Positions 37,162-46,808 of a stretch of DNA of 64,000 bases are shown piece by piece. The translations under genes were made by a program, and so were the position numbers. Source of the stretch: Candidatus Tayloriibacteriota bacterium (GTDB lineage Bacteria > Patescibacteriota > Minisyncoccia > Phycocordibacterales > PALSA-1337); the NCBI GenBank assembly GCA_052034805.1, contig JBPOID010000005.1, positions 50,984-114,983 on the forward strand, in the 5' to 3' direction. Under the pieces are notes generated by a model that was given only the letters and a program-made list of their open reading frames with translations, was not told the origin of the DNA and did not search any database. Position 1 is the first letter of the stretch, and each line of letters opens with the position of its first letter.

Positions 37162-37574
37162 TGGGTACAACAACAAAAGAAGGTGTAATAAAGACCCTGT
37201 CTTTCATTACACTAATTCTCATCATAATAGGGACTGCAACCTATTTTAAATTCAAATACCACTCTAGCGGTGGCATCATGCAGTACATCGTCGGAGATGA
37301 TACGAAACCTCGTCATTCTCTAGTCATCACCGAAGATTGGTCCAAGTCAATCCCCATCAACGTCAACAGTTACCTAAGGGAAGACGAAACCTGGGTAGAA
37401 GTATGCGTGGTGGGAGGCGGTACAAACGGTGACTTCATCTATGATGTTCCTCCGAAAAGCATGAGGGGGAACGACTGGAGGCCACCAGAGCTCAAAGGTA
37501 TATCTCTACGATACCGACTGGCTCCTGGAAAGAACAAAGTTAAGTCAGCAGAAATATTCTATGTTATGAAGTAG
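37161..37574 (+). CDS. Membrane-anchored hypothetical protein, cassette-type
   Basis: AAAGGAGGT SD, start overlaps the upstream stop (TGATG), N-terminal TM. Confidence 0.7.
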   Translation: MGTTTKEGVIKTLSFITLILIIIGTATYFKFKYHSSGGIMQYIVGDDTKPRHSLVITEDWSKSIPINVNSYLREDETWVEVCVVGGGTNGDFIYDVPPKSMRGNDWRPPELKGISLRYRLAPGKNKVKSAEIFYVMK

Positions 37575-37591
37575 GGAAACATAGAATGCAA

Positions 37592-37626
37592 AAAGGGCGC
37601 CACATTAGTGAACGCCCTTTCTTTTT
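37592..37626. terminator. Intrinsic terminator between convergent genes
   Basis: aaagggcg...cgcccttt stem. Confidence 0.75.
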
Positions 37627-37640
37627 ATCTATAAAATATT

Positions 37641-37958
37641 CTAGAAAAATGGATCTGGTACTCCTATAGTATTTGCTATAACTCTTATTATTCCATAAGC
37701 ACATACCATAATAAACATACCGACAACACCCCATAATATATGCTTTTGACCTTCTTGTCTTGCACTAGGATCATCACCGCTTCTTATGAGTTTGAATACT
37801 CCTAAAATAAACATAAATACAGTAAATACAAATAAAAGAGTAATAAGAGGTAATACTATAACATTTACTATGTTTGTTATAAGAGGTCCAGCTACAGGAT
37901 TATTTGCGACTTTAGAGAAAGTCTGTGCATAAGCTATATTTGCCATTAAAGCTAACAT
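37641..37958 (-). CDS. VirB2/TrbC-like (T4SS-type) pilin
   Basis: Two-TM core with ...EGQKHILWGVVGMFIMV motif. Confidence 0.75.
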   Translation of the reverse strand: MLALMANIAYAQTFSKVANNPVAGPLITNIVNVIVLPLITLLFVFTVFMFILGVFKLIRSGDDPSARQEGQKHILWGVVGMFIMVCAYGIIRVIANTIGVPDPFF

Positions 37959-37967
37959 AGTTATGTA

Positions 37968-38333
37968 TTATATTCCTACTGGATTTGGAAGAGTTGCTGT
38001 TTCGTTTATTTTCTGTGTAGGTGTACGATCTTGTGTTGCAAATGAAGTCTTTAATATATTTACAAGTCCCCAAATAGATAATATAAGGAAAAGTCCTAAT
38101 ACTCCGTAGAATACTGCCCAACCTCCCTTCTTTCTATCGTCTTCGCCACCAGCTATAAGATATCTAACAATACTTATAATAATCCATAGAACAGCAAGAG
38201 ATATGGCTAAAGCAATTATAAGATTTCCTATATTTGTACCCTTTTGTGCTACATCATTTATATTATTTAATTGACTCTGAGCAAAGGCCAAAGATGGCAT
38301 AAAAGCTAAAACAAATGCAATGATTTTTTTCAT
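37968..38333 (-). CDS. VirB2/TrbC-like pilin
   Basis: Signal peptide (LAFAQ), two TM, KKGGWAVFYGVLGLFLILSIWGLV. Confidence 0.75.
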   Translation of the reverse strand: MKKIIAFVLAFMPSLAFAQSQLNNINDVAQKGTNIGNLIIALAISLAVLWIIISIVRYLIAGGEDDRKKGGWAVFYGVLGLFLILSIWGLVNILKTSFATQDRTPTQKINETATLPNPVGI

Positions 38334-38420
38334 AAAATAAAAAATAATTAATAAACTTTTCTATATTGTATCAATATACTATGTATAATACAAATACTAT
38401 TGTGGATACAAATGACGATA

Positions 38421-38837
38421 TTATGGCGTACTAGCACTAGGTATAACATTACCTGGATTCAAACTACTATTATTCGATGAACTACCATTAAAAGGCCATG
38501 ATGGTCTACTATTAGGCAAATTAAGAGAATTACCCAGTAAAGCTACCAATCCCCAGAAAGATAATATAACGAAAAATCCTATAGTACTGTATAGAACATA
38601 CATACCAGCTTCCTTTTTATCCTTTTCTGTAAAGAAATATCTATATACATTCCAAATAAAAGTAACTATTGCAAAAGATATAATAAGTTTTATACCTATG
38701 GTCAAATATTCAGTAACCAAAACAGCCACGCATTTCAATGTATAAGGTGTACATGAACTAGATGTTTGCGCTTCACTTATAAATGGCAATGCTAATAATA
38801 GTGATAATAATGCTATTTTGATTATATTCTTTTTCAT
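38421..38837 (-). CDS. VirB2/TrbC-like pilin
   Basis: Signal peptide, two TM, EAGMYVLYSTIGFFVILSFWGLV. Confidence 0.75.
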   Translation of the reverse strand: MKKNIIKIALLSLLLALPFISEAQTSSSCTPYTLKCVAVLVTEYLTIGIKLIISFAIVTFIWNVYRYFFTEKDKKEAGMYVLYSTIGFFVILSFWGLVALLGNSLNLPNSRPSWPFNGSSSNNSSLNPGNVIPSASTP

Positions 38838-38854
38838 ATTTTTTATATTATAAT

Positions 38855-39301
38855 TTATTTCTTAAGCAAACTCTCATTTACCAAACCACTAGAAGTAAGA
38901 GTATTCTGTACAACAGAGACTATCAATTTTGCACTTATAAGCACTGCAGTACCTATAACTGCATATAGAAACCATGATTTGGCTTCACTCAATGCTTTAT
39001 CATTACCTTGAGCCATAACGAATTTGAAACCAATCCATATAAACATAAGTACAGCCACTATCATACCGATAAACATAGCCATATCTACTACAGAGAATAA
39101 TAATTCAGTCACACTATTGGCTTTAAGAGGATTACTAAGTGTTGGAAAAACAGAATTATTTATAGGTGAAGTATTATTCAATGATTGTTTAGAACTTGTA
39201 TCATTCAAAGGTTGTTGACTTCCAGATTGAGCAAATACAGGAACAGAACTTATTATGAATAATGTAATTATGATTAATGAGGAAATTAGAAATTTTTTCA
39301 T
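38855..39301 (-). CDS. VirB2/TrbC-like pilin
   Basis: LSNPL...IWIGFKFVMAQGN...AKSWFLYAVIGTAVL. Confidence 0.8.
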   Translation of the reverse strand: MKKFLISSLIIITLFIISSVPVFAQSGSQQPLNDTSSKQSLNNTSPINNSVFPTLSNPLKANSVTELLFSVVDMAMFIGMIVAVLMFIWIGFKFVMAQGNDKALSEAKSWFLYAVIGTAVLISAKLIVSVVQNTLTSSGLVNESLLKK

Positions 39302-39306
39302 ATTTT

Positions 39307-40989
39307 TTATTTTATAAAGGTAGTTACTCCAGAATCACTTTTTGCAATATAATCTACTATAGTTCTCACTCCTATCCACGCTACAAGCATTATTATAAAC
39401 CCAATTGCCGTAGTTACAAATATGGATTTAGCTTTTGATATATTTTTTGATATACCTGTCATATATAGAAGTCCAGCCCAAGCAAACATAGCAGTAGCAA
39501 TAGGAATAGATATTAGGAACATCCATGTTATAAGACCTAATATTGTATCTATAAGAGCTTTGAAATCGCATACTTTATCTCTATATGTCTCTCCCTTTTT
39601 CAATACTCCATCGCATTTTACGAAACCACTATAGTCCAATACAGAAGCCATCATATTGCTTATTGCTGAATGTTTCTTTATCTCTACAGATAAAGGATTT
39701 TGTAATGATAGATCTAATTCCCCACTTGCAGTTTGTATAGCATCATAAACATTAGTTCTACCACTTGTTATTGATTCGATCATTTTCTGGAATATTTGAT
39801 TTGTTCTAGAAGAATTCATATCTAACCAAGATTTAGATATTAGAGCAGCATCATAGAAAATAGATTGATAAGGATCGGATGAACCAGTAGCTATCATATC
39901 TCTTCTTACTGGTGGCAAATATGTGATTTGATTCAAAGATGCCAAAGCACTTGGATCCGTAAGTATTTTGAATATTGTATATACAGAACTTTGATTCTTT
40001 GAAGCTTTCACTATTGATAATCCATACATAGAACCATAATTAACGGAATTTTTTGCATCTCTTATTTGTGGTAATGTTGTTACATCGAAACTAATATTCA
40101 CATTTTTTTGTTTTATATCAAAAAGTTCTGAAGCAAAGCCGAAATAAGTAGCTAATGAGCCAGACAAAAATGCACTTTTTGAATTCGGCAATGATCTATT
40201 CCATGAATAATCTGCATTATTAGGATCAGAAAACTTTGTGAATAATTCTACAGCAGAAGTAGTCAATCTCGAACCAGAATATTGACCATCGCCTAGAGAA
40301 CTTACTAATGCATCACCTTTATTTGAAACAACAGGATTTCCGTATTGAAGAATAAGAGAACCTAATATTTCTTTTGCATTATTTATATTTGCAAATTCAC
40401 CCATAGCTATCGCTGTTCTACGTATATTAGAATTAGAATCTTTTGTATTTATTTTTGATATTAAATTATCAAATTCATCCCAATATTTCGGAGGAAGGGC
40501 TATCCTTGCATTTGTAAATATATCTTTATTCCAATACATTACTAGAGGATCAATAGTAAAAGGTATAGCCAAAGCTCCATCATTCGATAAATAAAGTTCG
40601 GCTTGAGCTATATATGTATTTTTGAAATCTCTTTCGGAGAGAATACTATAAGGTATAGGTAAAACCTTATCTCTATGTCTCAATATCATATTCTGAGGTA
40701 TAAGTATTGCATCAGGACCAGCACCACGAGCCAAAGCTTCTATAAAATCTTGATCGAATTTATCTTTTGATTTCTGTGTATAGTTTATAGATATTTGGAA
40801 ATTACTTGTGCTGTTTATTTTCTGCATTAGATTATTCACCGATTCAGCTGGAAAAGTTCCCCATATCGATATAACTGGTAATTCTGTATTTGTACTTTCT
40901 GATTTGTAAGTAGCGAAAAGCGCAACACCAACTATTATACAAATAACGAAAATTGCTATTGTTATGATTTGAAATTTACTAGTATTCAT
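39307..40989 (-). CDS. Extracellular solute-binding protein fused to a C-terminal pilin-like domain
   Basis: SBP family 1 motifs (ISIWG, GPDAI, PFTIDPLVMYWNKDIF) followed in frame by C-x13-C and FAWAGLLYMTG...KAKSIF...IGFIIML. Confidence 0.8.
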   Translation of the reverse strand: MNTSKFQIITIAIFVICIIVGVALFATYKSESTNTELPVISIWGTFPAESVNNLMQKINSTSNFQISINYTQKSKDKFDQDFIEALARGAGPDAILIPQNMILRHRDKVLPIPYSILSERDFKNTYIAQAELYLSNDGALAIPFTIDPLVMYWNKDIFTNARIALPPKYWDEFDNLISKINTKDSNSNIRRTAIAMGEFANINNAKEILGSLILQYGNPVVSNKGDALVSSLGDGQYSGSRLTTSAVELFTKFSDPNNADYSWNRSLPNSKSAFLSGSLATYFGFASELFDIKQKNVNISFDVTTLPQIRDAKNSVNYGSMYGLSIVKASKNQSSVYTIFKILTDPSALASLNQITYLPPVRRDMIATGSSDPYQSIFYDAALISKSWLDMNSSRTNQIFQKMIESITSGRTNVYDAIQTASGELDLSLQNPLSVEIKKHSAISNMMASVLDYSGFVKCDGVLKKGETYRDKVCDFKALIDTILGLITWMFLISIPIATAMFAWAGLLYMTGISKNISKAKSIFVTTAIGFIIMLVAWIGVRTIVDYIAKSDSGVTTFIK

Positions 40990-41510
40990 GATTTTTTAAA
41001 AATAATACCATAATGATGATCACCTGCATCGAATTTCTTTTCAATAGAAAATCCTGCTTTTTCGAATATTCCTTCGGCAAACATTTGGGGTACTAGAGAT
41101 TTCGGACTCAAAGGACTACCAGAATCCCAATCTATGACCAATAATTTTCCTCCTGGTTTTATTATTCTTTTTATTTCTAAAGCGAGATTATCTCTATTTT
41201 CTGGAGATATTTGGAATAGAATATTAGAAAGTATAACCCTATCAGCTATAGCTTCACGAACCTTTGTGCCTCCTATTTTCTCTATATTCCCCCAGATAAT
41301 CTCTATATTATATAAATTAAGATTATTTGCTGTTCTTTTTATTTTATCTAGTAATTCTTGTTGAACATCTATAGCATAAACTCTGCCACTAGGGCCAACA
41401 GCCTTGGCGACTTCTATAGTATAAAATCCAGATCCAGCACCGAGATCAACAACTTTCATACCAGGCATAAGTCCCAGTTCTAAAATATTCTTTTTTGGAT
41501 CAGAGAACAT
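40986..41510 (-). CDS. Class I SAM-dependent methyltransferase
   Basis: VVDLGAGSG, VYAIDVQ, RIIKPGG. Confidence 0.88.
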   Translation of the reverse strand: MFSDPKKNILELGLMPGMKVVDLGAGSGFYTIEVAKAVGPSGRVYAIDVQQELLDKIKRTANNLNLYNIEIIWGNIEKIGGTKVREAIADRVILSNILFQISPENRDNLALEIKRIIKPGGKLLVIDWDSGSPLSPKSLVPQMFAEGIFEKAGFSIEKKFDAGDHHYGIIFKKS

Positions 41511-41601
41511 GAGTTTATTATACCCTTTTGTGTATTATTGAGCTATAAAGATTTGTGTATAAACTTGAACAATATCTCTTTTTAGGGTATTTTAATAGTA
41601 T

Positions 41602-41672
41602 TGCCGGCTCGTCTAATGGTAGGACACATCCCTCTGGAGGATGTTATTGGGGTTCGAGTCCCTGGCCGGCAG
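41602..41672 (+). tRNA. tRNA-Gln(CTG)
   Basis: TGCCGGC/GCCGGCA acceptor, CATCC-CTCTGGA-GGATG anticodon arm. Confidence 0.95.
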
Positions 41673-41746
41673 CAATGGAAATTTGGAACGACTAACGAAA
41701 GAGCGAGAGACGATTATATATGATATAATTTAATCTATAAATATAT

Positions 41747-42307
41747 ATGAACAAAAAAATAATTTGGGGGATTATTATTGTGGTTATATTAATTCTAGGA
41801 ATAGTGACGGTGCAGAGAGGATATTTGAAACACTTAAATCGCCCAGACTTGGATAATAAGACTGTAACCGCTCCAGTAAGTAACTGGAAAATTTATTCAT
41901 ACCCTAATAAATACCAATTTAGCTATCCTGCAAATACACAGATTGAAGAAACGAAAGAGAGTGGGATTTCAGAAATCACTGTAATATTTACTGAAGACTG
42001 GATGAATTCATTCGATGTCACAATTCCACCTGAAGTTGCGTATTGTTCCTCCAATCCTTATAAAAATTATATAACCTTAAAAGGTTCGACTGTTACAGAA
42101 AATAAAGTGACTATTAATGGAAACGAGTATCGACACTTGCAACATGTTGATACATCGCTTAAAACGGTCACTTATAACGAAGATAAATATTATCTAGTTA
42201 AAGATAATACCTGTTATATGCTTACTGTTAAGACCAATAATAAAGTCGACCCCATCATCAAAACAAATATTGAAAAAATACTTTCGACATTTACATTAGT
42301 GAATTAG
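41747..42307 (+). CDS. Membrane-anchored hypothetical protein (PsbP-like pattern)
   Basis: N-terminal TM, WKIY...YQFSYP and C-terminal ILSTFTL. Confidence 0.65.
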   Translation: MNKKIIWGIIIVVILILGIVTVQRGYLKHLNRPDLDNKTVTAPVSNWKIYSYPNKYQFSYPANTQIEETKESGISEITVIFTEDWMNSFDVTIPPEVAYCSSNPYKNYITLKGSTVTENKVTINGNEYRHLQHVDTSLKTVTYNEDKYYLVKDNTCYMLTVKTNNKVDPIIKTNIEKILSTFTLVN

Positions 42308-42316
42308 AAAAAATCA

Positions 42317-42745
42317 ATGAATAAAGGCATCAACATAGGGATCGTATTTTTTTCAGTCGGAATCTTATTGACGTCCTACATCCTAATCAAAAATATTCCT
42401 TTGAGTAAAAATGGAGTTGTCACTGAGGGAACAGTTATTCAGCTTATTACAAAAAGAAATCCCAATTATCGTAACACTCGCTGGATTACCCAGAATATAC
42501 CCATTATTAGCTTCAGGACTGCGGATAATCATGAATTTAGGACTCAAGGATGTTCTGATTGTTATTATATAGGCGAGAAAGTGTCTATTGTTTATGATCC
42601 AAAAAATCCTACAAATGCAGAGGTTAACTCGAAGCGGTTATTTATTGAGTCGATTTATTATTTAGTGGGTTTTATTATTTTCCTTATTATTTTTATAAGG
42701 CTAAAAACCAAAATACGCCACAACCCAAAATATTCTATAATATAA
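42317..42745 (+). CDS. DUF3592-like membrane protein
   Basis: TM - GVVTEGTVI...GEKVSIVYDPKNP - TM. Confidence 0.7.
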   Translation: MNKGINIGIVFFSVGILLTSYILIKNIPLSKNGVVTEGTVIQLITKRNPNYRNTRWITQNIPIISFRTADNHEFRTQGCSDCYYIGEKVSIVYDPKNPTNAEVNSKRLFIESIYYLVGFIIFLIIFIRLKTKIRHNPKYSII

Positions 42746-42748
42746 CCC

Positions 42749-43195
42749 ATGAAAGAAATCACTCTTCACAATCAATGGATTATCGAAGCTCCTATAGATA
42801 ATGTATTCAAAATAATGACTGATTTTGAAAAATTCCCAGAACATTTTCCTAAAGTAGCTGAATCAATACGTATAGAAAAACGTGATGAGAATTATCTAGA
42901 AATAGAAGCAATTGCGAAATCATTTGGTAAGAAATTCAAAGTAAAAATGAAAACCCAAATTCTTCCTAATAGAGGTTTTATATCAGATAATAATAGCCAT
43001 GAATTCGGAACTTCTGGACATGAGGAATTATTACTTTCTCCACATGAAAAAGGAACTCTAATAGACTATACATATAAAGTTACAATTCATAAAAGATGGT
43101 TAAGTATTTTAGCTACACCACTTATACGTTGGTATTCTATGAAATATTGGGAGAAAGCAGTTATTGATGAGTTGAAGAAAATTTTGAAGAAATAA
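42749..43195 (+). CDS. SRPBCC/START-like domain protein
   Basis: IEAPIDNVFKIMTDFEKFPEHFP. Confidence 0.8.
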   Translation: MKEITLHNQWIIEAPIDNVFKIMTDFEKFPEHFPKVAESIRIEKRDENYLEIEAIAKSFGKKFKVKMKTQILPNRGFISDNNSHEFGTSGHEELLLSPHEKGTLIDYTYKVTIHKRWLSILATPLIRWYSMKYWEKAVIDELKKILKK

Positions 43196-43241
43196 TACTT
43201 ACCCACAATGCACAATATATAACATACTATATAATATACTG

Positions 43242-44129
43242 ATGAATTTTAGAGGGTTACATTTTCACCACTTAAAAGATAAGAACTTTCATAGATTATT
43301 ATTTATAACTATTGCTATTCTAGGTTCTATAAATATTTATTATACATATAACTATGTTGTCTATGATCCACTACGAGAAGATTTTAATAAAAATATAGGT
43401 AAGAAATATAATTTAGAATTAGATTTACAGAAAAAAGAAGAGGAGGTAAAAACTGGGTCCATAAAGATACCCATACTTATATATCATAGTGTTAGAGATC
43501 ATATAAATGGTGAAGATAATATGCTCAAATATTATACAGTTTCGCCAGAATCCTTTACCAAGCAAATGCAATATCTAAAAGATAATAATTATTCTGTATT
43601 AAGTTTGGATTTTATAGCTGATGCATTAGAAGAAAATATACCAGTTCCAGAAAAAAGTGTTGCTATAACATTTGATGATGGATGGAGAAATCAATACGTG
43701 AACGCATATCCTATACTTAGAAGATTCGGCTATACAGCTACTTTCTTTATAATCACTAATACTATAGACAAACCCCATTTCTTCTCTTGGGATCAAGTTA
43801 GACTGATGAATAATAACGGAATGACAATAGGTAGCCATACTGTATTTCATCCTTTCTTACCAGAAATAGAAAATCCAAAAGAATTACAAAAAGAATTAGT
43901 AAATAGTAAAAAAGTTATAGAAGAAAAACTAGGACATACTGTAGATATATTCGCATATCCTTATGGACATTATAATGATGAAGTGGTAAATGCAGTAAAA
44001 TCTGCCGGATACAAACTAGCTCGTTCTACACATAAAGGTATATATCATACAAAATCAGATCTATTCACAATGAAAGGTATAGAAGTTACAGATGATATGA
44101 AAAGATTTGCGATTGATATAAATAATTAG
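43242..44129 (+). CDS. Polysaccharide deacetylase (CE4)
   Basis: PILIYH, ITFDDGW, IGSHTVFH, FAYPYG. Confidence 0.92.
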   Translation: MNFRGLHFHHLKDKNFHRLLFITIAILGSINIYYTYNYVVYDPLREDFNKNIGKKYNLELDLQKKEEEVKTGSIKIPILIYHSVRDHINGEDNMLKYYTVSPESFTKQMQYLKDNNYSVLSLDFIADALEENIPVPEKSVAITFDDGWRNQYVNAYPILRRFGYTATFFIITNTIDKPHFFSWDQVRLMNNNGMTIGSHTVFHPFLPEIENPKELQKELVNSKKVIEEKLGHTVDIFAYPYGHYNDEVVNAVKSAGYKLARSTHKGIYHTKSDLFTMKGIEVTDDMKRFAIDINN

Positions 44130-44164
44130 ATTGATAAAAATAATTAGAAAATCAAGACGATATA

Positions 44165-44836
44165 CTAAGATGAAACTGATATTTCATAATCTCTATGGAA
44201 AATTATTTGGGATATTCTGTATATTCCATGAACAATAAAGAATGCAGACAGAACATCTATAGTGTAATGCACATGTGCTAATAGAACTACTATTCCGAAC
44301 ATTATAGATAATAATATAAAAATAGTTCTTATCCATTTTTTATCCCAATACAGAAGCGCCATGAGAAATGGCAATCCAGTATGACCAGAGAAAAATGAAT
44401 CATTACCCAAAAACAATGATTCATATAGATTAGTACCTATAATATCTTGTATGAAATTCTGTGAACTAGGATTGATTATCATATGTTCAGGGAAAGCTCC
44501 TATATGTGTAAGAACTATAAATAAAGATCTTATAATAATGAAAAGTGCTATTGTCTTTACGGTGAAAGGAATCCTTTTTGGATCATATAGACAAACAAAA
44601 GCAATAAATAAAGTCATGAGCATTGCCCCATTTACGAATATCCCATCCACATCATAAACTCTTATATTACTTAGAATAAGATCAGTTACAGGACTACTAG
44701 CGCTTCTGGTAGCGTATTCTACTGCATAGATATTTATTATAAAACCAGCAGCTAATATAACGAGAGATATTATTAGAGATAATAAATAATGTTTATCTTT
44801 AAAGTGTATTTTATATTGTCTTATAGAGTTCTTCAT
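44165..44836 (-). CDS. Sphingomyelin/IPC-synthase-like PAP2 superfamily membrane protein
   Basis: DSFFSGHT and HVHYTIDV motifs, about 6 TM; start reassigned to ATG 44836. Confidence 0.75.
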   Translation of the reverse strand: MKNSIRQYKIHFKDKHYLLSLIISLVILAAGFIINIYAVEYATRSASSPVTDLILSNIRVYDVDGIFVNGAMLMTLFIAFVCLYDPKRIPFTVKTIALFIIIRSLFIVLTHIGAFPEHMIINPSSQNFIQDIIGTNLYESLFLGNDSFFSGHTGLPFLMALLYWDKKWIRTIFILLSIMFGIVVLLAHVHYTIDVLSAFFIVHGIYRISQIIFHRDYEISVSS

Positions 44837-44895
44837 TGCCTCTTCGTTTACAATAAAAGATTGACCTATTATATAATAAAAGATACAATTATTCA

Positions 44896-45480
44896 ATGTT
44901 ATCTTGGTTTATTTCTCTTATACTGACTTACAAATATCCATTACTTTTGATTATTGCTATACCAGAAGGTCCAGTTATAATGCTTTTATCTGGAGCATTG
45001 CTCAAACTTGGTTTTCTTTCTTTTTGGCCAGCATATATTTGTTTAATGATCGGCGATATGATAGCCGATATTATGTGGTATTGGATAGGATACTTCGGTG
45101 GAATGAAATTCGTTGATAGATTCGGTAAATATTTTGGAATAACTAGACATAGAATAGAAATCGTCAGTTTGTTCTATCACAAATATCATGAAAGAATATT
45201 ATTTATATCAAAGATAACTACAGGTTTCGGTTTTGCACTTATCACTCTTATTACAGCTGGATTGGTAAAGATACCATTCAAGAAATATTTTATATTGAAT
45301 TTCCTAGGTGGATTTATATGGGCAGGATTGCTCATGTCTCTGGGTTATACTTTCCAACATCTTTATGTGACTATAGACAATATACTAGGACGTATTACTA
45401 TTATAGGTGTAAGTGCCTTACTTATTATCTTGATAATAAATATTGGAATTAGAATACGTAATAAAATAGAGAAAACATAA
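44896..45480 (+). CDS. DedA family membrane protein
   Basis: IGDMIADIMWYWIG, AGLVKIPFKKYFILNFLGGFIW. Confidence 0.88.
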   Translation: MLSWFISLILTYKYPLLLIIAIPEGPVIMLLSGALLKLGFLSFWPAYICLMIGDMIADIMWYWIGYFGGMKFVDRFGKYFGITRHRIEIVSLFYHKYHERILFISKITTGFGFALITLITAGLVKIPFKKYFILNFLGGFIWAGLLMSLGYTFQHLYVTIDNILGRITIIGVSALLIILIINIGIRIRNKIEKT

Positions 45481-45493
45481 TAAAATAAAAAAT

Positions 45494-46210
45494 ATGAAAA
45501 AAGTAAGTGTGATAATACCAGCTCATAATGAAGAAAATGATATAGGAAAAACATTAGAAGCTTTGCTTGTTCAAGATTATAAAGATATAGAAATAATAGT
45601 AATAGATAATGCTAGTACAGACAAAACTTCTGAAGTAGCTAGAAGATATAAAAGTGTAACTGTTCTAAACGAAAGCAGAAAGGGTACTAATTTTGCCCTA
45701 GAATGTGGAAGAAAGCAGACAACTGGAGAAATAATAGCTAGACTAGATGCGGATTGTCTACCAGAGAAGAATTGGATAAGTCAGGGTGTCAAAAACTTTG
45801 AAGATAACAATGTCGTCGGACTTACTGGACCTTATGATTATTATGATGCTGATAATTTCTTTAGATATACTTCCCTATTTTTCCAAAAATATATATACAG
45901 ATTCACAAGTTGGCTATTCCAATTGCTTCATATAGGAGCAATAATGACTGGTGGTAATAGTATGATGAAAGCCAAAGAATTAGATCTTATGGGTGGCTTT
46001 GATACATCTTTTACATTTTATGGAGATGATACAGATGTTGCAAAAAGATTGTCGAAATATGGACGTGTAGCATTTGACCCTAATTTCGTATTGAAAACTT
46101 CAGCCAGAAGATTCAAAAAACAAGGTGAATTCAAGATATTCTTCCTTTATTTCTATTATTTCTTAAAAACAACATTCTATAGACCCAAGAAAAATCTAAA
46201 AAATAATTAG
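45494..46210 (+). CDS. Glycosyltransferase family 2
   Basis: SVIIPAHNEE, IDNASTD, LDAD, TSARRF. Confidence 0.92.
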   Translation: MKKVSVIIPAHNEENDIGKTLEALLVQDYKDIEIIVIDNASTDKTSEVARRYKSVTVLNESRKGTNFALECGRKQTTGEIIARLDADCLPEKNWISQGVKNFEDNNVVGLTGPYDYYDADNFFRYTSLFFQKYIYRFTSWLFQLLHIGAIMTGGNSMMKAKELDLMGGFDTSFTFYGDDTDVAKRLSKYGRVAFDPNFVLKTSARRFKKQGEFKIFFLYFYYFLKTTFYRPKKNLKNN

Positions 46211-46231
46211 GAGAATAGTTAGAAAAATAAA

Positions 46232-46774
46232 ATGGATGAGATAAAAAACAATACAGCAGAACAATCTCCACATTTGATAAAGTTATTTATAGCAATAGGA
46301 GCTACTCTTTATTTTTTATATTATATTAGAACTTCTACTGATTGGCATTTTATTGATAATGTAAATCTCATAATACATGAAGCCGGACATACTCTATGCT
46401 TTTTCTTTGGTCAATTTATACAAATACTAGCCGGATCAGCATTGCAAATATTATTTCCTACTACATTTTCATTATATTTTTATATAAAAGGAGATTATTA
46501 TTCTAGTTCATTATTACTTTTCTGGATTGGGCAAAATATAATAAATGTATCTATATATGTATCAGATTCTATAATTATGCAATTGCCATTATTAGGTGGT
46601 GACAATGTTATTCATGATTGGAATTATATATTAAGCAGACTTGGAATATTACAATACGCCAATAGTATTGGATCATTTATGTTTCTATTAGGAATTATTA
46701 CTATAATAATAGCTTCTTATTTTTCTATAACTACATCACAGAGAGAAAAAGAAAAAGTTAATAACTTAATATAA
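46232..46774 (+). CDS. Membrane protein with HExxH motif (M50-like)
   Basis: IHEAGH and HDWNYIL in a multi-TM protein. Confidence 0.7.
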   Translation: MDEIKNNTAEQSPHLIKLFIAIGATLYFLYYIRTSTDWHFIDNVNLIIHEAGHTLCFFFGQFIQILAGSALQILFPTTFSLYFYIKGDYYSSSLLLFWIGQNIINVSIYVSDSIIMQLPLLGGDNVIHDWNYILSRLGILQYANSIGSFMFLLGIITIIIASYFSITTSQREKEKVNNLI

Positions 46775-46808
46775 TTTTTATTAATTAGGATGATATAATT
46801 GTTTGATT

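Noticed and set aside
38395-38412. DnaA-box-like tgtggata as a replication origin
   Set aside because: Single imperfect box with no cluster and no dnaA/dnaN nearby.
41673-43195. Integrated element at tRNA-Gln(CTG)
   Set aside because: Accessory-looking genes follow the tRNA, but no integrase or duplicated tRNA 3' end was seen.
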